Positions 44,138 through 53,162 of a DNA stretch of 64,000 nucleotides are shown here, in pieces. The position numbers and the translations under genes were made by a program. Below the pieces are notes generated by a model that was given only the letters and a program-made list of their open reading frames with translations, searched no databases and was not told the DNA's origin. The stretch comes from an uncultured Actinomycetota bacterium (GTDB lineage: Bacteria > Actinomycetota > Actinomycetes > Propionibacteriales > Nocardioidaceae), in the NCBI GenBank assembly GCA_963794725.1, contig CAWCFR010000033.1:5912-69911 (forward strand), written 5' to 3'. Position 1 is the stretch's first letter, and each line of letters starts with the position of its first letter.

Positions 44138-45189
44138 ATGACGGGAGACCCGGTGGGACTGCACCGGGTGCTCGAGCCCCCGGGCGTGCTGCCCCAGGCG
44201 GCCCTGCGTCTCGACACCGACCCGGCGATCCGCGACGACGAGGTGCGGGTGCGCGTGGAGCGGCTCAACCTCGACGCGGCGTCGTTCCGGCAGCTCGCCG
44301 AGAAGCACGACCAGCGACGGCGACGGCGCCGAGGGGGTCCGCCGCGAGGTGCTGGAGATCGTCCGGACCCGCGGCAAGATGCACAACCCGGTCACCGGCT
44401 CCGGCGGCATGCTCGTCGGCACCGTCGAGGAGGTGGGGGAGGGCTCGACGCTCGGGCTCGTCGAGGGCGACCGGATCGCCACGCTGGTCTCGCTCACCCT
44501 GACCCCCCTCGTGATCGAGGACGACCTCGCCCGCTGGGACGGCCTCGGCGAGCAGGTCCCGGTCGACGGCTACGCGATCCTGTTCGGCCGCAGCATCGCC
44601 GCCAGGCTGCCCGACGACCTCGCCCCCGAGCTGGCCCTGTCCGTGATGGACGTCTGCGGAGCACCGGCGCTCACCGAGCGCCACGTCCGCAGGTACGACG
44701 AGCCGGTGGTCGCGGTCGTCGGGGGCGCCGGCAAGTCCGGGTCCCTGTGCCTGGCCGCCGCCAGGCGAGCCGGGGCGCGGAAGACCATCGCCGTCGTGCC
44801 GCACCAGGGCGAGGCGGCGCTGCTCGAGCGAGGGCGGCGTCGGCGCCGGGCTCGCCGACGAGGTCGTCGTGTGCGACGCCCGTGACCCCGTGGCCCTGCG
44901 CGACGCGGTGAGGGCCGCCGGGGGACCGGCCGACCTGACCATCGTCTGCGTCGACGTGCCGGGCTGCGAGGGCGGCGCCATCCTCGCCACCGCCGAGGGC
45001 GGCACCGTCGTGTTCTTCTCGATGGCCACCTCGTTCAGCGCTGCCGCGCTGGGTGCCGAGGGGCTGGCCGCCGACGTCACGATGATCGTGGGCAACGGCT
45101 ACACACCCGGACATGCCGAGCTCGCGCTCGACCTGCTGCGCAGCACGCCTGCCGTCCGGGCACTGTTCGAGCGGAGACTGGGGGAGTGA
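44138..45189 (+). CDS. kdd: L-erythro-3,5-diaminohexanoate dehydrogenase (frameshifted)
   Basis: GLHRVLEP, RGKMHNPVTGSGGML, DVCGAPA, GAGKSG, FFSMATSF. Confidence 0.88.
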
Positions 45190-46755
45190 CGGTGCAGAAG
45201 AAGCTCGACCTCGACCCGGCCACCGTGCGCCGGGCCCGCAGCGTGGCCCGCAAGGTCGGCCGCCCGATCGTGCGGCTGGCCAAGGAGCACACCACGGTCT
45301 CGGTGGAGCGCGCGACGCTGCGGATGGCCGGCCTGTCCGGCGCCGATCCCGACGGCACCCCGTGGGTCAACCGGCTCGCCGACGCGGCCCGCGCGGACGT
45401 CGGGCTCGAGCAGGGCCTCGCGCTGCCGGTGTGGGACGCCCTGATCCGCGGGGAGGCCGAGGACCTCACCACCCTCGCCCAGAAGGCCTCGGCCGGCTCT
45501 GTCCGCTTCCGCATCCCGGAGGGTCGCGACGCGCAGCGGGCGCGCACCGCCTCGCGCAAGCAGGTCGGGGCCGGCGTACGTCGCATCGACGCCCGCCGCC
45601 GGGAGCGCGAGCGGCTCGTCAAGAAGATCGGGGACGCGCCCGCGCCAGCCGTGGATCTACCTGATCGTCGCCACCGGCGACATCTACGAGGACATCCCGC
45701 AGGCGCAGCAGGCCGCGCGCGAGGGCGCCGACGTGATCGCCGTGATCCGCTCGACCGGGCAGTCGCTGCTCGACTACGTGCCCGAGGGCGCCACCCGCGA
45801 GGGGTTCGCCGGCACCTACGCCACCCAGGAGAACTTCCGGCTGATGCGGGCGGCCCTCGACGACTCGAGCCGCGAGCTGGGCCGCTACGTGCGGCTGACC
45901 AACTACGCCAGCGGCCTGTGCATGCCGGAGATCGCGGCCCTGGCCGGGCTCGAGCGGCTCGACATGATGCTCAACGACTCGATGTACGGGATCCTCTTCC
46001 GCGACATCAACCCGGTGCGCACCTTCGTCGACCAGCGCTTCAGCCGCCAGGTGCACGCCCGCGCCGGCATCATCATCAACACCGGCGAGGACAACTACCT
46101 GACCACGGCCGACGCCGTGGAGGCTGCCCACACGGTCACCACCAGCCAGCTGCTCAACGAGTACTTCGCCAAGGAGGCCGGGCTCGAGGACTGGCAGCTC
46201 GGCCTGGGGCACGCCTTCGAGATCGATCCCGACCTCCCGGACTCGTTCCGGATGGAGCTGGCCCACGCGCTGCTCGCCCGCGAGCTGTTCCCGAAGGCGC
46301 CGCTGAAGTGGATGCCGCCCACGCGGCACATGACCGGTGACGTCTTCCGCGGCTACCTCCTCGACGGGTTCTTCAACCTCGCCGGAGCGCTGACCGGGCA
46401 GGGCATCCTGCTCGTCGGGATGATGACCGAGGCCGTGGTGACGCCGTGGCTCAGCGACCGCGACCTGGCCCTGCAGAACGTGCGCTACGTCCTGGAGGCC
46501 ACCGGCGCCCTGCACGAGGACTTCCGGCCGCGGCCAGATGGCATGATCGCCGAGCGCGCCCGCACGGTGCTCGGGGAGTCCATCGACCTGCTCGACCGGA
46601 TCCTCGACCACCCGAACGGCCTCCTCGACGCCATCGCCGACGGCACCTTCGGCCTGATGAAGCGCCCGGCCGACGCCGGCCGCGGCCTCGACGGCGTGGC
46701 GAAGAAGTCGTCGGCGTACTACAACCCGGCCTCCGAGATGCTGGAGGAGTCATGA
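45186..46755 (+). CDS. kamD: Lysine 5,6-aminomutase alpha subunit (indel near 45640)
   Basis: HTTVSVER, YLIVATG, IRSTGQSLLDYVP, NYASGLCMPE, MPPT. Confidence 0.92.
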
Positions 46756-46820
46756 GCACCCCACGACCTTCTTCTCCTCCGCTGCGCTCCCCCGAACAAC
46801 GCCGCGGGGACCCCGCATGA
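46752..46820 (+). repeat. 65-bp ATGA-flanked insert encoding a 22-aa mini-ORF between kamD and kamE
   Basis: ATG 46752 overlaps kamD stop; MSTPRPSSPPLRSPEQRRGDPA ends at TGA 46818-46820, overlapping the kamE ATG. Confidence 0.6.
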
Positions 46821-47566
46821 CCGAGAAGCGACTGCTGCGCCCGTACGGCGACACGACCGGTGACGGGATGGTGCAGGTGTCCTTCACCCTGCCGATGCCG
46901 CACGACAAGGTCGCCGAGGGCGCCGCGATCCAGCTGGCGAACAAGATGGGCATGGACCCGGCCCTGGTCGCCCACGCCAAGGCCATGGGGCCGGACTTCA
47001 CCTTCTTCGTGGTCTACGGCCGGGTGCACCACCTCGTCGACCCCAGCGAGGTCCAGGTGGTGGAGCGCGACTACGAGCTGCTGACCCCCAAGGAGGTCAA
47101 CGCGGCCGTCAAGCACGCCCTGCGGCGCCGCATGGTGGTCGTGGGTGGCTGCATCGGCACCGACGCCCACACGGTCGGCATCGACGCGATCCTGAACATC
47201 AAGGGCTTCGCGGGGGAGAAGGGGCTGGAGTACTACCGGGAGCTGAAGGTGGTCAACCTCGGCGCCCAGGTCTCGGTGCCCCAGCTCGTCGAGGCCGCGG
47301 TGGCGGAGAAGGCCGACGCCGTGCTGGTCTCCCAGGTCGTCACCCAGCGCGACGCCCACCTGCTCAACACCCGCGAGATGTCGGCCGCCTTCCGCGAGGC
47401 CTTCCCGCCCGCCCGCAGGCCGCTCCTGGTCGTGGGCGGTCCCCGGTTCGACGAGGCGATGGCCACGGACCTCGGCGTCGACCGCGTCTTCACCAGGGGT
47501 ACGACGCCGGGGGAGGTCGCCAGCTACCTGGTGCACCGGCTGGCGGGGGAGCGGGAGGCGTCATGA
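46817..47566 (+). CDS. kamE: Lysine 5,6-aminomutase beta (cobalamin-binding) subunit
   Basis: RPYGDT..DG, DAHTVG (DxHxxG), NIKG. Confidence 0.92.
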   Translation: MTEKRLLRPYGDTTGDGMVQVSFTLPMPHDKVAEGAAIQLANKMGMDPALVAHAKAMGPDFTFFVVYGRVHHLVDPSEVQVVERDYELLTPKEVNAAVKHALRRRMVVVGGCIGTDAHTVGIDAILNIKGFAGEKGLEYYRELKVVNLGAQVSVPQLVEAAVAEKADAVLVSQVVTQRDAHLLNTREMSAAFREAFPPARRPLLVVGGPRFDEAMATDLGVDRVFTRGTTPGEVASYLVHRLAGEREAS

Positions 47567-47967
47567 GCACCCCCGCGCGCCCCGAGGTCGGGACCGTCGT
47601 GACGCACCGCCGCTACGTCTCCCACGCGGAGGCCCACTACGCCGGGCAGCTCGTCGACGGGGCCTGGGGCCTCGGCCTGTTCGGCGACGTCGCCACCGAG
47701 ATGTGCATCCTGACCGACGGCGACGAGGGACTGTTCGCCTCCTACAGCGAGGTGCAGTTCCTCGCGCCGGTGCGTGCCGGCGACGTCGTCGAGGCGGCCG
47801 CCACGCTGACCCGGGTCGGCACCCGCTCGCGCGAGATGGCCTTCGAGCTGCGCGTCGTCGCCCGCGGCGACGCGTCCGCGGGATCGGCCTCGGCGGCGAC
47901 GATGCTCGACGAGCCGATCCTCGCCACGACCGCCACCGGCACCGTCGTGGTTCCTGCGAAACTCTGA
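47563..47967 (+). CDS. kal: 3-aminobutyryl-CoA ammonia-lyase-like hotdog protein
   Basis: AHYAGQLVDGA, FGDVATE, DGDEGLF. Confidence 0.85.
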   Translation: MSTPARPEVGTVVTHRRYVSHAEAHYAGQLVDGAWGLGLFGDVATEMCILTDGDEGLFASYSEVQFLAPVRAGDVVEAAATLTRVGTRSREMAFELRVVARGDASAGSASAATMLDEPILATTATGTVVVPAKL

Positions 47968-48146
47968 GGTCCCGAAAACCTGTACAGACCGCTCTCGGCG
48001 TGTCCAGCGCGACACGCCGGGAACGGAACATTTTTGGCCATCTGGAGTTCATCCGACGGTTCCGCACCTGACCTGCGAATTCGTGGCAACACCACAGGTC
48101 AGCGAGGTGTTGACACGCCCGCGTCGGAAGGACGAGGGTCCGTTGC

Positions 48147-48370
48147 GTTACTCCGGGCAGAACGTCAGTCGCACGTCTGGCAGTTGTGACCGAGGGCCAT
48201 CCCGCCAAGGTGGAGACCTCGCGTCACACGTGGCGGGCCGGGCACCGCGACGTCGACGGGATAACACGGGGGGAGCGGAGGCGACCAGTAGACAACGCCG
48301 ACGATCCTGGCATCCGGTCAGGGCGTGGGCGGTCCGAAGGCCACTCAGCTCCCCCCGCCCTGCCGTCCCC
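48147..48370 (+). ncRNA. Candidate structured non-coding RNA, family not recognised (ends and strand inferred)
   Basis: TTGACA at 48110; several long stems including CGGGGGGAGC/GCTCCCCCCG; no credible ORF; ppm1 has its own -10. Confidence 0.5.
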
Positions 48371-48408
48371 CGCACCACCTCGAGGTGCAGCCACTAGGTT
48401 CTGGGGTC

Positions 48409-49186
48409 ATGCGCGTGGTGATGGTCGTGCCGACCTACAACGAGGTCACCAATCTCGGGCCGATCATCGCGCGGGTACGCGCCGCGCAGCCGCGCTCTCG
48501 ACGTCCTCGTCGTCGACGACGACTCCCCGGACGGCACCGGCGTCCTCGCCGACCGGCTGGCGGCCGACGACGCCCAGGTCCACGTCCTCCACCGTCGGTC
48601 CAAGCAGGGCCTCGGCAGGGCCTACCTGGACGGCTTCGAGTGGGCCCTGGCGCACGACTACGAGGTCATCGGCCAGATGGACGCCGACGGGTCCCACCAG
48701 CCCGAGCAGCTCGGCCTGCTCCTCGAGGCGCTGCACGACCCCGCGACGCCGCCCGACGTCGTGATCGGCTCCCGGTGGGTGCCGGGGGGCAGCATCGTGA
48801 ACTGGCCGGTGCGCCGGGAGCTGCTCTCGCGAGGCGGGAACCTCTACACCCGGGCCTTGCTGGGGATCGAGGTCCGCGATGCCACCAGCGGTTTCCGTCT
48901 GTACCGGCGCACGGCGCTGGAGCGGATCGAGCTGGGCACCATCGCGTCGTACGGCTACGTCTTCCAGGTCGACCTGGCCGTCCGGGCCCTCAGGGCCGGG
49001 CTGCGGGTCGTCGAGGTGCCGATCGAGTTCGTGGAGCGCGAGCACGGCGAGTCCAAGATGAACACGCGGGTGGCCGCGGACTCACTGCGCGCGATCACCG
49101 CGTGGGGGCTCAGCGAGCGTCGGCGGCAGGTGCGGGAGCGGTTCGGGCGCCGCGGGTCGGAACCGACCGGCTCCCGGGGGCGTTGA
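48409..49186 (+). CDS. ppm1: Polyprenol-monophosphomannose synthase (indel near 48490)
   Basis: VPTYNE, DDDSPDGT, QMDADGSH, DATSGFR; TAGGTT -10 at 48395. Confidence 0.88.
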
Positions 49187-49193
49187 ACAGACC

Positions 49194-49667
49194 ATGAGGA
49201 GAAGGTTCCCGTGGTGGCTGCTGGTGGTGGCGTTCATCGTCGTGCCCGTGGTCGAGATCTACGTGATCATCCAGGTGGGCCAGGTGATCGGGGCCTGGTG
49301 GACGGTCCTGCTGCTGATCGCCGACAGCATCTTCGGCTCGTGGCTGGTCAAGCGCGAGGGTGGCAAGGCGTGGCAGGCGCTGCGGGTAGCGCTCGAGGAG
49401 CACCGGTTGCCCCACCGCGAGCTCGCCGACGGCGTGCTGATCCTCGTCGGAGGCACCCTGATGATCACCCCGGGATTCGTCTCCGACATCTTCGGGATCC
49501 TGTGCATCCTGCCGTTCACCCGGCCGTTCGGCCGCAGGCTCCTGGCCGGCGCGGTCAGCCGCCGCCTGCTCGGCGTGACCACCACCGGCATGGGCCCGAC
49601 CCCGGCGCCCGGGACACAACGACGCCCCGGAACCGACGACGTGGTCCGGGGCGAAGTCGTCGACTGA
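49194..49667 (+). CDS. fxsA: FxsA family membrane protein
   Basis: VPVVEIY, PGFVSDIFG; ppm1-fxsA-rbpA synteny. Confidence 0.9.
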   Translation: MRRRFPWWLLVVAFIVVPVVEIYVIIQVGQVIGAWWTVLLLIADSIFGSWLVKREGGKAWQALRVALEEHRLPHRELADGVLILVGGTLMITPGFVSDIFGILCILPFTRPFGRRLLAGAVSRRLLGVTTTGMGPTPAPGTQRRPGTDDVVRGEVVD

Positions 49668-49675
49668 GCCTCAGC

Positions 49676-50065
49676 TCAGGCGGTTGCGGCCTTCTTCTTG
49701 CGGGCGCTCGCGCGGTGCAGGTGGGCGGGACCGATCTCTCCGCCGCGGAGCAGCTCGAGCCGCTCGCTCAGGATGTCCTCGAGCTCCTTGATCGAACGGC
49801 GCTCGAGCAGCATGTCCCAGTGCGTGCGGACCGGCTTCTCTGCCTTGGCCTCGGGCTGGATGCCCGACGTCGCGCGGCCCTCTGCGCCGCACCGCGGGCA
49901 CTCCCACAGTGCGGGCACGTCGGCCTCGACCGACATCGTGACCTCGAACTCGTGTCCGTGGGCGCACAGGTAGCCGACCTGCTGGCGCGCGGCGAACTCG
50001 ATGCCGCGCTCGTCCTCGAAGCTCTGGCCGCCGAGTCTGGCGCCTCGTAGCGTTCGGTCTCCCAT
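49676..50065 (-). CDS. rbpA: RNA polymerase-binding protein RbpA
   Basis: DRTLRGARLG, RTHWDMLLERRS..ELE..L.ERL. Confidence 0.95.
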   Translation of the reverse strand: MGDRTLRGARLGGQSFEDERGIEFAARQQVGYLCAHGHEFEVTMSVEADVPALWECPRCGAEGRATSGIQPEAKAEKPVRTHWDMLLERRSIKELEDILSERLELLRGGEIGPAHLHRASARKKKAATA

Positions 50066-50251
50066 TGCGCACCTCCGTGCTGTTCATCCGTTTCTGCGTG
50101 GTCTCCCGGATGCCTTGCTCCGTCATGCGTACCGTCCTTGAGACGGTCAAGCAAGTCGGACGTGACGCGGATCGGGACGGCTGCCTCACGATCCGGACGG
50201 TCGTGGCCCGGGACAGGACCAGTGCACGCCCGTTTTCAGGCGTCACCCACC

Positions 50252-50278
50252 CAACGAGCGAGACGCCTCCAGGATTCC
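50252..50278 (-). promoter_or_regulatory. SigR/SigH-type promoter of rbpA
   Basis: GGAAT-N18-GTTG on the minus strand. Confidence 0.75.
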
Positions 50279-50309
50279 CGGCTGAGACCCACACCACGCG
50301 TCCACGGTC

Positions 50310-51689
50310 TCACACCACGGCGGGCGCCCGGTTGCCCGCCTCGCGGATCCCGCGCTCCGGATCGACCCGGATCAGGAAGAAGGCGCCGAGGACGAAGAAG
50401 ATGATCAGCGCCAGGATCGCCGGGCGGTAGGAGCCGGTGACCTGGAAGACCACGCCGAACAGGAGCGTCCCGAACCACGACGTGCCCCGCTCGGCGGCGT
50501 TGTAGAGGCTGAAGTACTCGCCCTCGCGCCCGCTGGGGATGAGCAGGCTGTAGAACGACCGCGACAGCGCCTGGGTGCCGCCGAGGACGATGCCGATGGC
50601 GAGCGCGAGCAGGTAGAACAGCACGGCCTGACCGGCCGGGAGCAGCATCGCCACGACCACGATCACCATCCAGGCGAACGTGCCCCAGAGGATCGAGCTG
50701 TAGGCGCCGAACCGCCCGGCCAGCTTGCCGAAGAACAGCGCCCCGCCGAAGGCGACGAACTGGATGAGCAGGATGGTCGCGATCAGGACGGTCTTGTCGA
50801 AGCCCAGCGTCTTCTCGCCGTACGTCGATGCGGCGTAGATGACGGTCTGGATCCCGTCGTTGTAGAAGAGGTAGGCGATCAGGAAGGTCAGCGTCATCGG
50901 GTAGGCGCGGAGCTCCCCGAGCGTGGTGAACAGCTGGCCGAAGCTGCGCTGCAGCAGGTTGCCGGACTCGGCGACGACGTTGACGGGCGCGTAGTTGCGC
51001 AGCCGGACGAGCGGGATGATCGTGAACCCCGCCCACCAGACCCCCGCGCTGAACAGGGAGAGGCGCACCGCGAGCTCCTCGCCGAGGCCGATGGCGTCGT
51101 GGCCGAGGTACATGCCCAGGTTGATCGCCAGCAGCAGGCCGCCACCGAGGTAGCCGAAGGCCCACCCGCGCGACGAGGCCGAGTCGCGCTCGTCCTCGGT
51201 GGAGATGTCGACCAGGATCGCGTAGTAGGCCGTCAGCGAGCAGCCGGCGAGGATGCTGCTCATCACCACCGCGAACGCGGCCAGCTGCCACTGGTCGCCC
51301 TGCATGAAGAACAGCAGCATGCAGAAGAAGGAGCCGGCGAACGCGAAGCCGCCCATGTTCCACTTCTTGCGGCTGGAGCGGTCGACGAAGGCGCCGACGA
51401 CCGGGAGCACGAACGCGCTCGCGATGGTGGCGAAGCTGGTCAGGTAGAACGGCAGCGAGCCCGCCGCCAGGTGCAGGCCGAGCACGTTCACCGTCTTGCT
51501 GCAGGAGTCGTCGTCGTGGACGCACCCCGCGGCCCGGCCGGCCACCGTGCTCATGTACGGCGCGAACAGCACGCTGAGCACGGTCGTGTAGTAGGCGGAG
51601 TTGGCCCAGTCGTACCAGTTCCACGCCTTCTGCTGCTGGAGCCGCTCGGCGGCGGACAGGTCGGCTCTGCCGATGGCTGCGGTGCTCAC
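50310..51689 (-). CDS. MFS transporter, UMF1/Atg22-like
   Basis: WYDWANSAY, GWAFGYLGG, LGGTQALSRS. Confidence 0.88.
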   Translation of the reverse strand: MSTAAIGRADLSAAERLQQQKAWNWYDWANSAYYTTVLSVLFAPYMSTVAGRAAGCVHDDDSCSKTVNVLGLHLAAGSLPFYLTSFATIASAFVLPVVGAFVDRSSRKKWNMGGFAFAGSFFCMLLFFMQGDQWQLAAFAVVMSSILAGCSLTAYYAILVDISTEDERDSASSRGWAFGYLGGGLLLAINLGMYLGHDAIGLGEELAVRLSLFSAGVWWAGFTIIPLVRLRNYAPVNVVAESGNLLQRSFGQLFTTLGELRAYPMTLTFLIAYLFYNDGIQTVIYAASTYGEKTLGFDKTVLIATILLIQFVAFGGALFFGKLAGRFGAYSSILWGTFAWMVIVVVAMLLPAGQAVLFYLLALAIGIVLGGTQALSRSFYSLLIPSGREGEYFSLYNAAERGTSWFGTLLFGVVFQVTGSYRPAILALIIFFVLGAFFLIRVDPERGIREAGNRAPAVV

Positions 51690-52525
51690 GATGGTGTGCT
51701 CCTCCACTGTCCGCGTCTGGTGAGGACGTCCTTGAGTACGTCGGTCCGGTCGGTGATCAGGCCGTCGACGCCGAGGTCGAGCAGCTGCTCCATCTCGCCG
51801 GGCTCGTCGACGGTCCACACGTGCACCTGGGCCCCGGCCCGGTGCGCGCGACGTACCAGCGAACCGGTGACGATGGGCAGCGGGCCGCGGCGGTGCGGCA
51901 CCTGGAGGGCACTGACCCGGCCACGGGTCAGCCGGCGGGCCAGCCGACCGCTGGGGCAGGCCATGAACAGCGCCACCTCGGGAGGGGCGGCGGAGGTCGC
52001 CACCCGCCCGCGGGAGGCGCGACGGAAGGCGTCGAGACGGGTCTGGGAGAACGAGCCGACACAGATCCGGTCGTGGCTGCCGGTGCGGTCGATCAGGTCG
52101 GCCAGCGCGTCCACGGCGCCGCGCGACTTGAGGTCGATGTTGAAGCGGCAGCCGGGAAAGGCCTCGAGGAGCTCGGCCATGGTCGGGACCGGGTACTCCT
52201 CGCGGATGCGGGCCGCGGAGATCTCCTCGGCGCTGAGGTCGGCGAGCCGCCCGGTGGCGTCGGTGACCCGGTCCAGCACGTCGTCGTGGAAGGCGAGCAG
52301 GACGCCGTCGCGGGTGACGTGGACGTCGGTCTCGAGGTACTCGTAGCCCAGGGCGACCGCGTGCTCGAAGGCGTGCAGCGTGTTCTCGACGCCGGGGATC
52401 TCGGGGTGCAGGGCCCCGCCGCGGTGCGCCATCGCGATCACGCCGTCAGGACCGACCGCGTCGAGGTACACGCGTCCGGTCCGTGGCCGCCGGGCATGCG
52501 ACGACGCGTGAGCCTCCCCTGTCAC
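51686..52525 (-). CDS. Glycerophosphodiester phosphodiesterase
   Basis: AHRGG, ENT, ETDVH, HD, WTVDE, DGLITDR; start uncertain. Confidence 0.9.
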   Translation of the reverse strand: MTGEAHASSHARRPRTGRVYLDAVGPDGVIAMAHRGGALHPEIPGVENTLHAFEHAVALGYEYLETDVHVTRDGVLLAFHDDVLDRVTDATGRLADLSAEEISAARIREEYPVPTMAELLEAFPGCRFNIDLKSRGAVDALADLIDRTGSHDRICVGSFSQTRLDAFRRASRGRVATSAAPPEVALFMACPSGRLARRLTRGRVSALQVPHRRGPLPIVTGSLVRRAHRAGAQVHVWTVDEPGEMEQLLDLGVDGLITDRTDVLKDVLTRRGQWRSTPS

Positions 52526-52632
52526 GGAAGCAGTATTCACCGGCACCTGCCGATGGTGCTCCCCGAACCGCCGCCGCGACATCCGTCGTCGTACTCAGCT
52601 GACCCGGTCGGACGCGGAGTACCGTGCGAGTC

Positions 52633-52890
52633 ATGGACGCGACGTGCCCCCAGTGCGGCGGCGAGATGGGGGAGCGGGCAGCAGGCGAGGTCACGGTGCT
52701 GGCCTGCGGCACGTGCCAGGGGATCTTCCTCGACCGGGCCGACCTGGGCCGGCTCATCGAGGCCGAGAACGACTGGCACTCCCAGCGCTCCGCCGACACC
52801 GCCCAGCTGCCCCGGATCACCGCCGACATGGCGGCGCCGCCGCGCCCCTCGAAGGCCCGCTCCTACCTCGACTCGCTCTTCGGGAGCTGA
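52633..52890 (+). CDS. zf-TFIIB zinc-ribbon protein
   Basis: CPQC...CGTCQGIFLDRADL, ends LDSLFG. Confidence 0.8.
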   Translation: MDATCPQCGGEMGERAAGEVTVLACGTCQGIFLDRADLGRLIEAENDWHSQRSADTAQLPRITADMAAPPRPSKARSYLDSLFGS

Positions 52891-52934
52891 GTCAGAAAAG
52901 TGGGTGACCCGGCTCACACTCGCTCGTTGTGCCA

Positions 52935-53115
52935 ACAGCGGCTACTCCGCCGCCCGGGGGGACTGGCGGAGTAGCCGTTTCGTGCCGGGCCCCAGAGGCG
53001 GCAGCTCTGATGGCAGCTGATCGGTAGGGCGCCGCCCGGGAATCGGGGGGACATCCCGGACGACGCCTAGGCCCGGCCGGGGTGACAGGTGAGGTCGAGC
53101 CCGATGTGACCTACG
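52935..53115 (-). ncRNA. Candidate 6C-like small RNA
   Basis: Two hairpins, each with GUCCCCCCG in the loop; stem mismatches become G-U pairs only on the minus strand. Confidence 0.6.
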
Positions 53116-53162
53116 GCCAAGTGTGGTCGCGCAGCGTCGCGTGCCACGTGACGACACGCGGC

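Noticed and set aside
48067-48103. CTGACCTG...CAGGTCAG inverted repeat as a mobile-element end
   Set aside because: Short and common in actinobacterial intergenic DNA; no transposase or partner end
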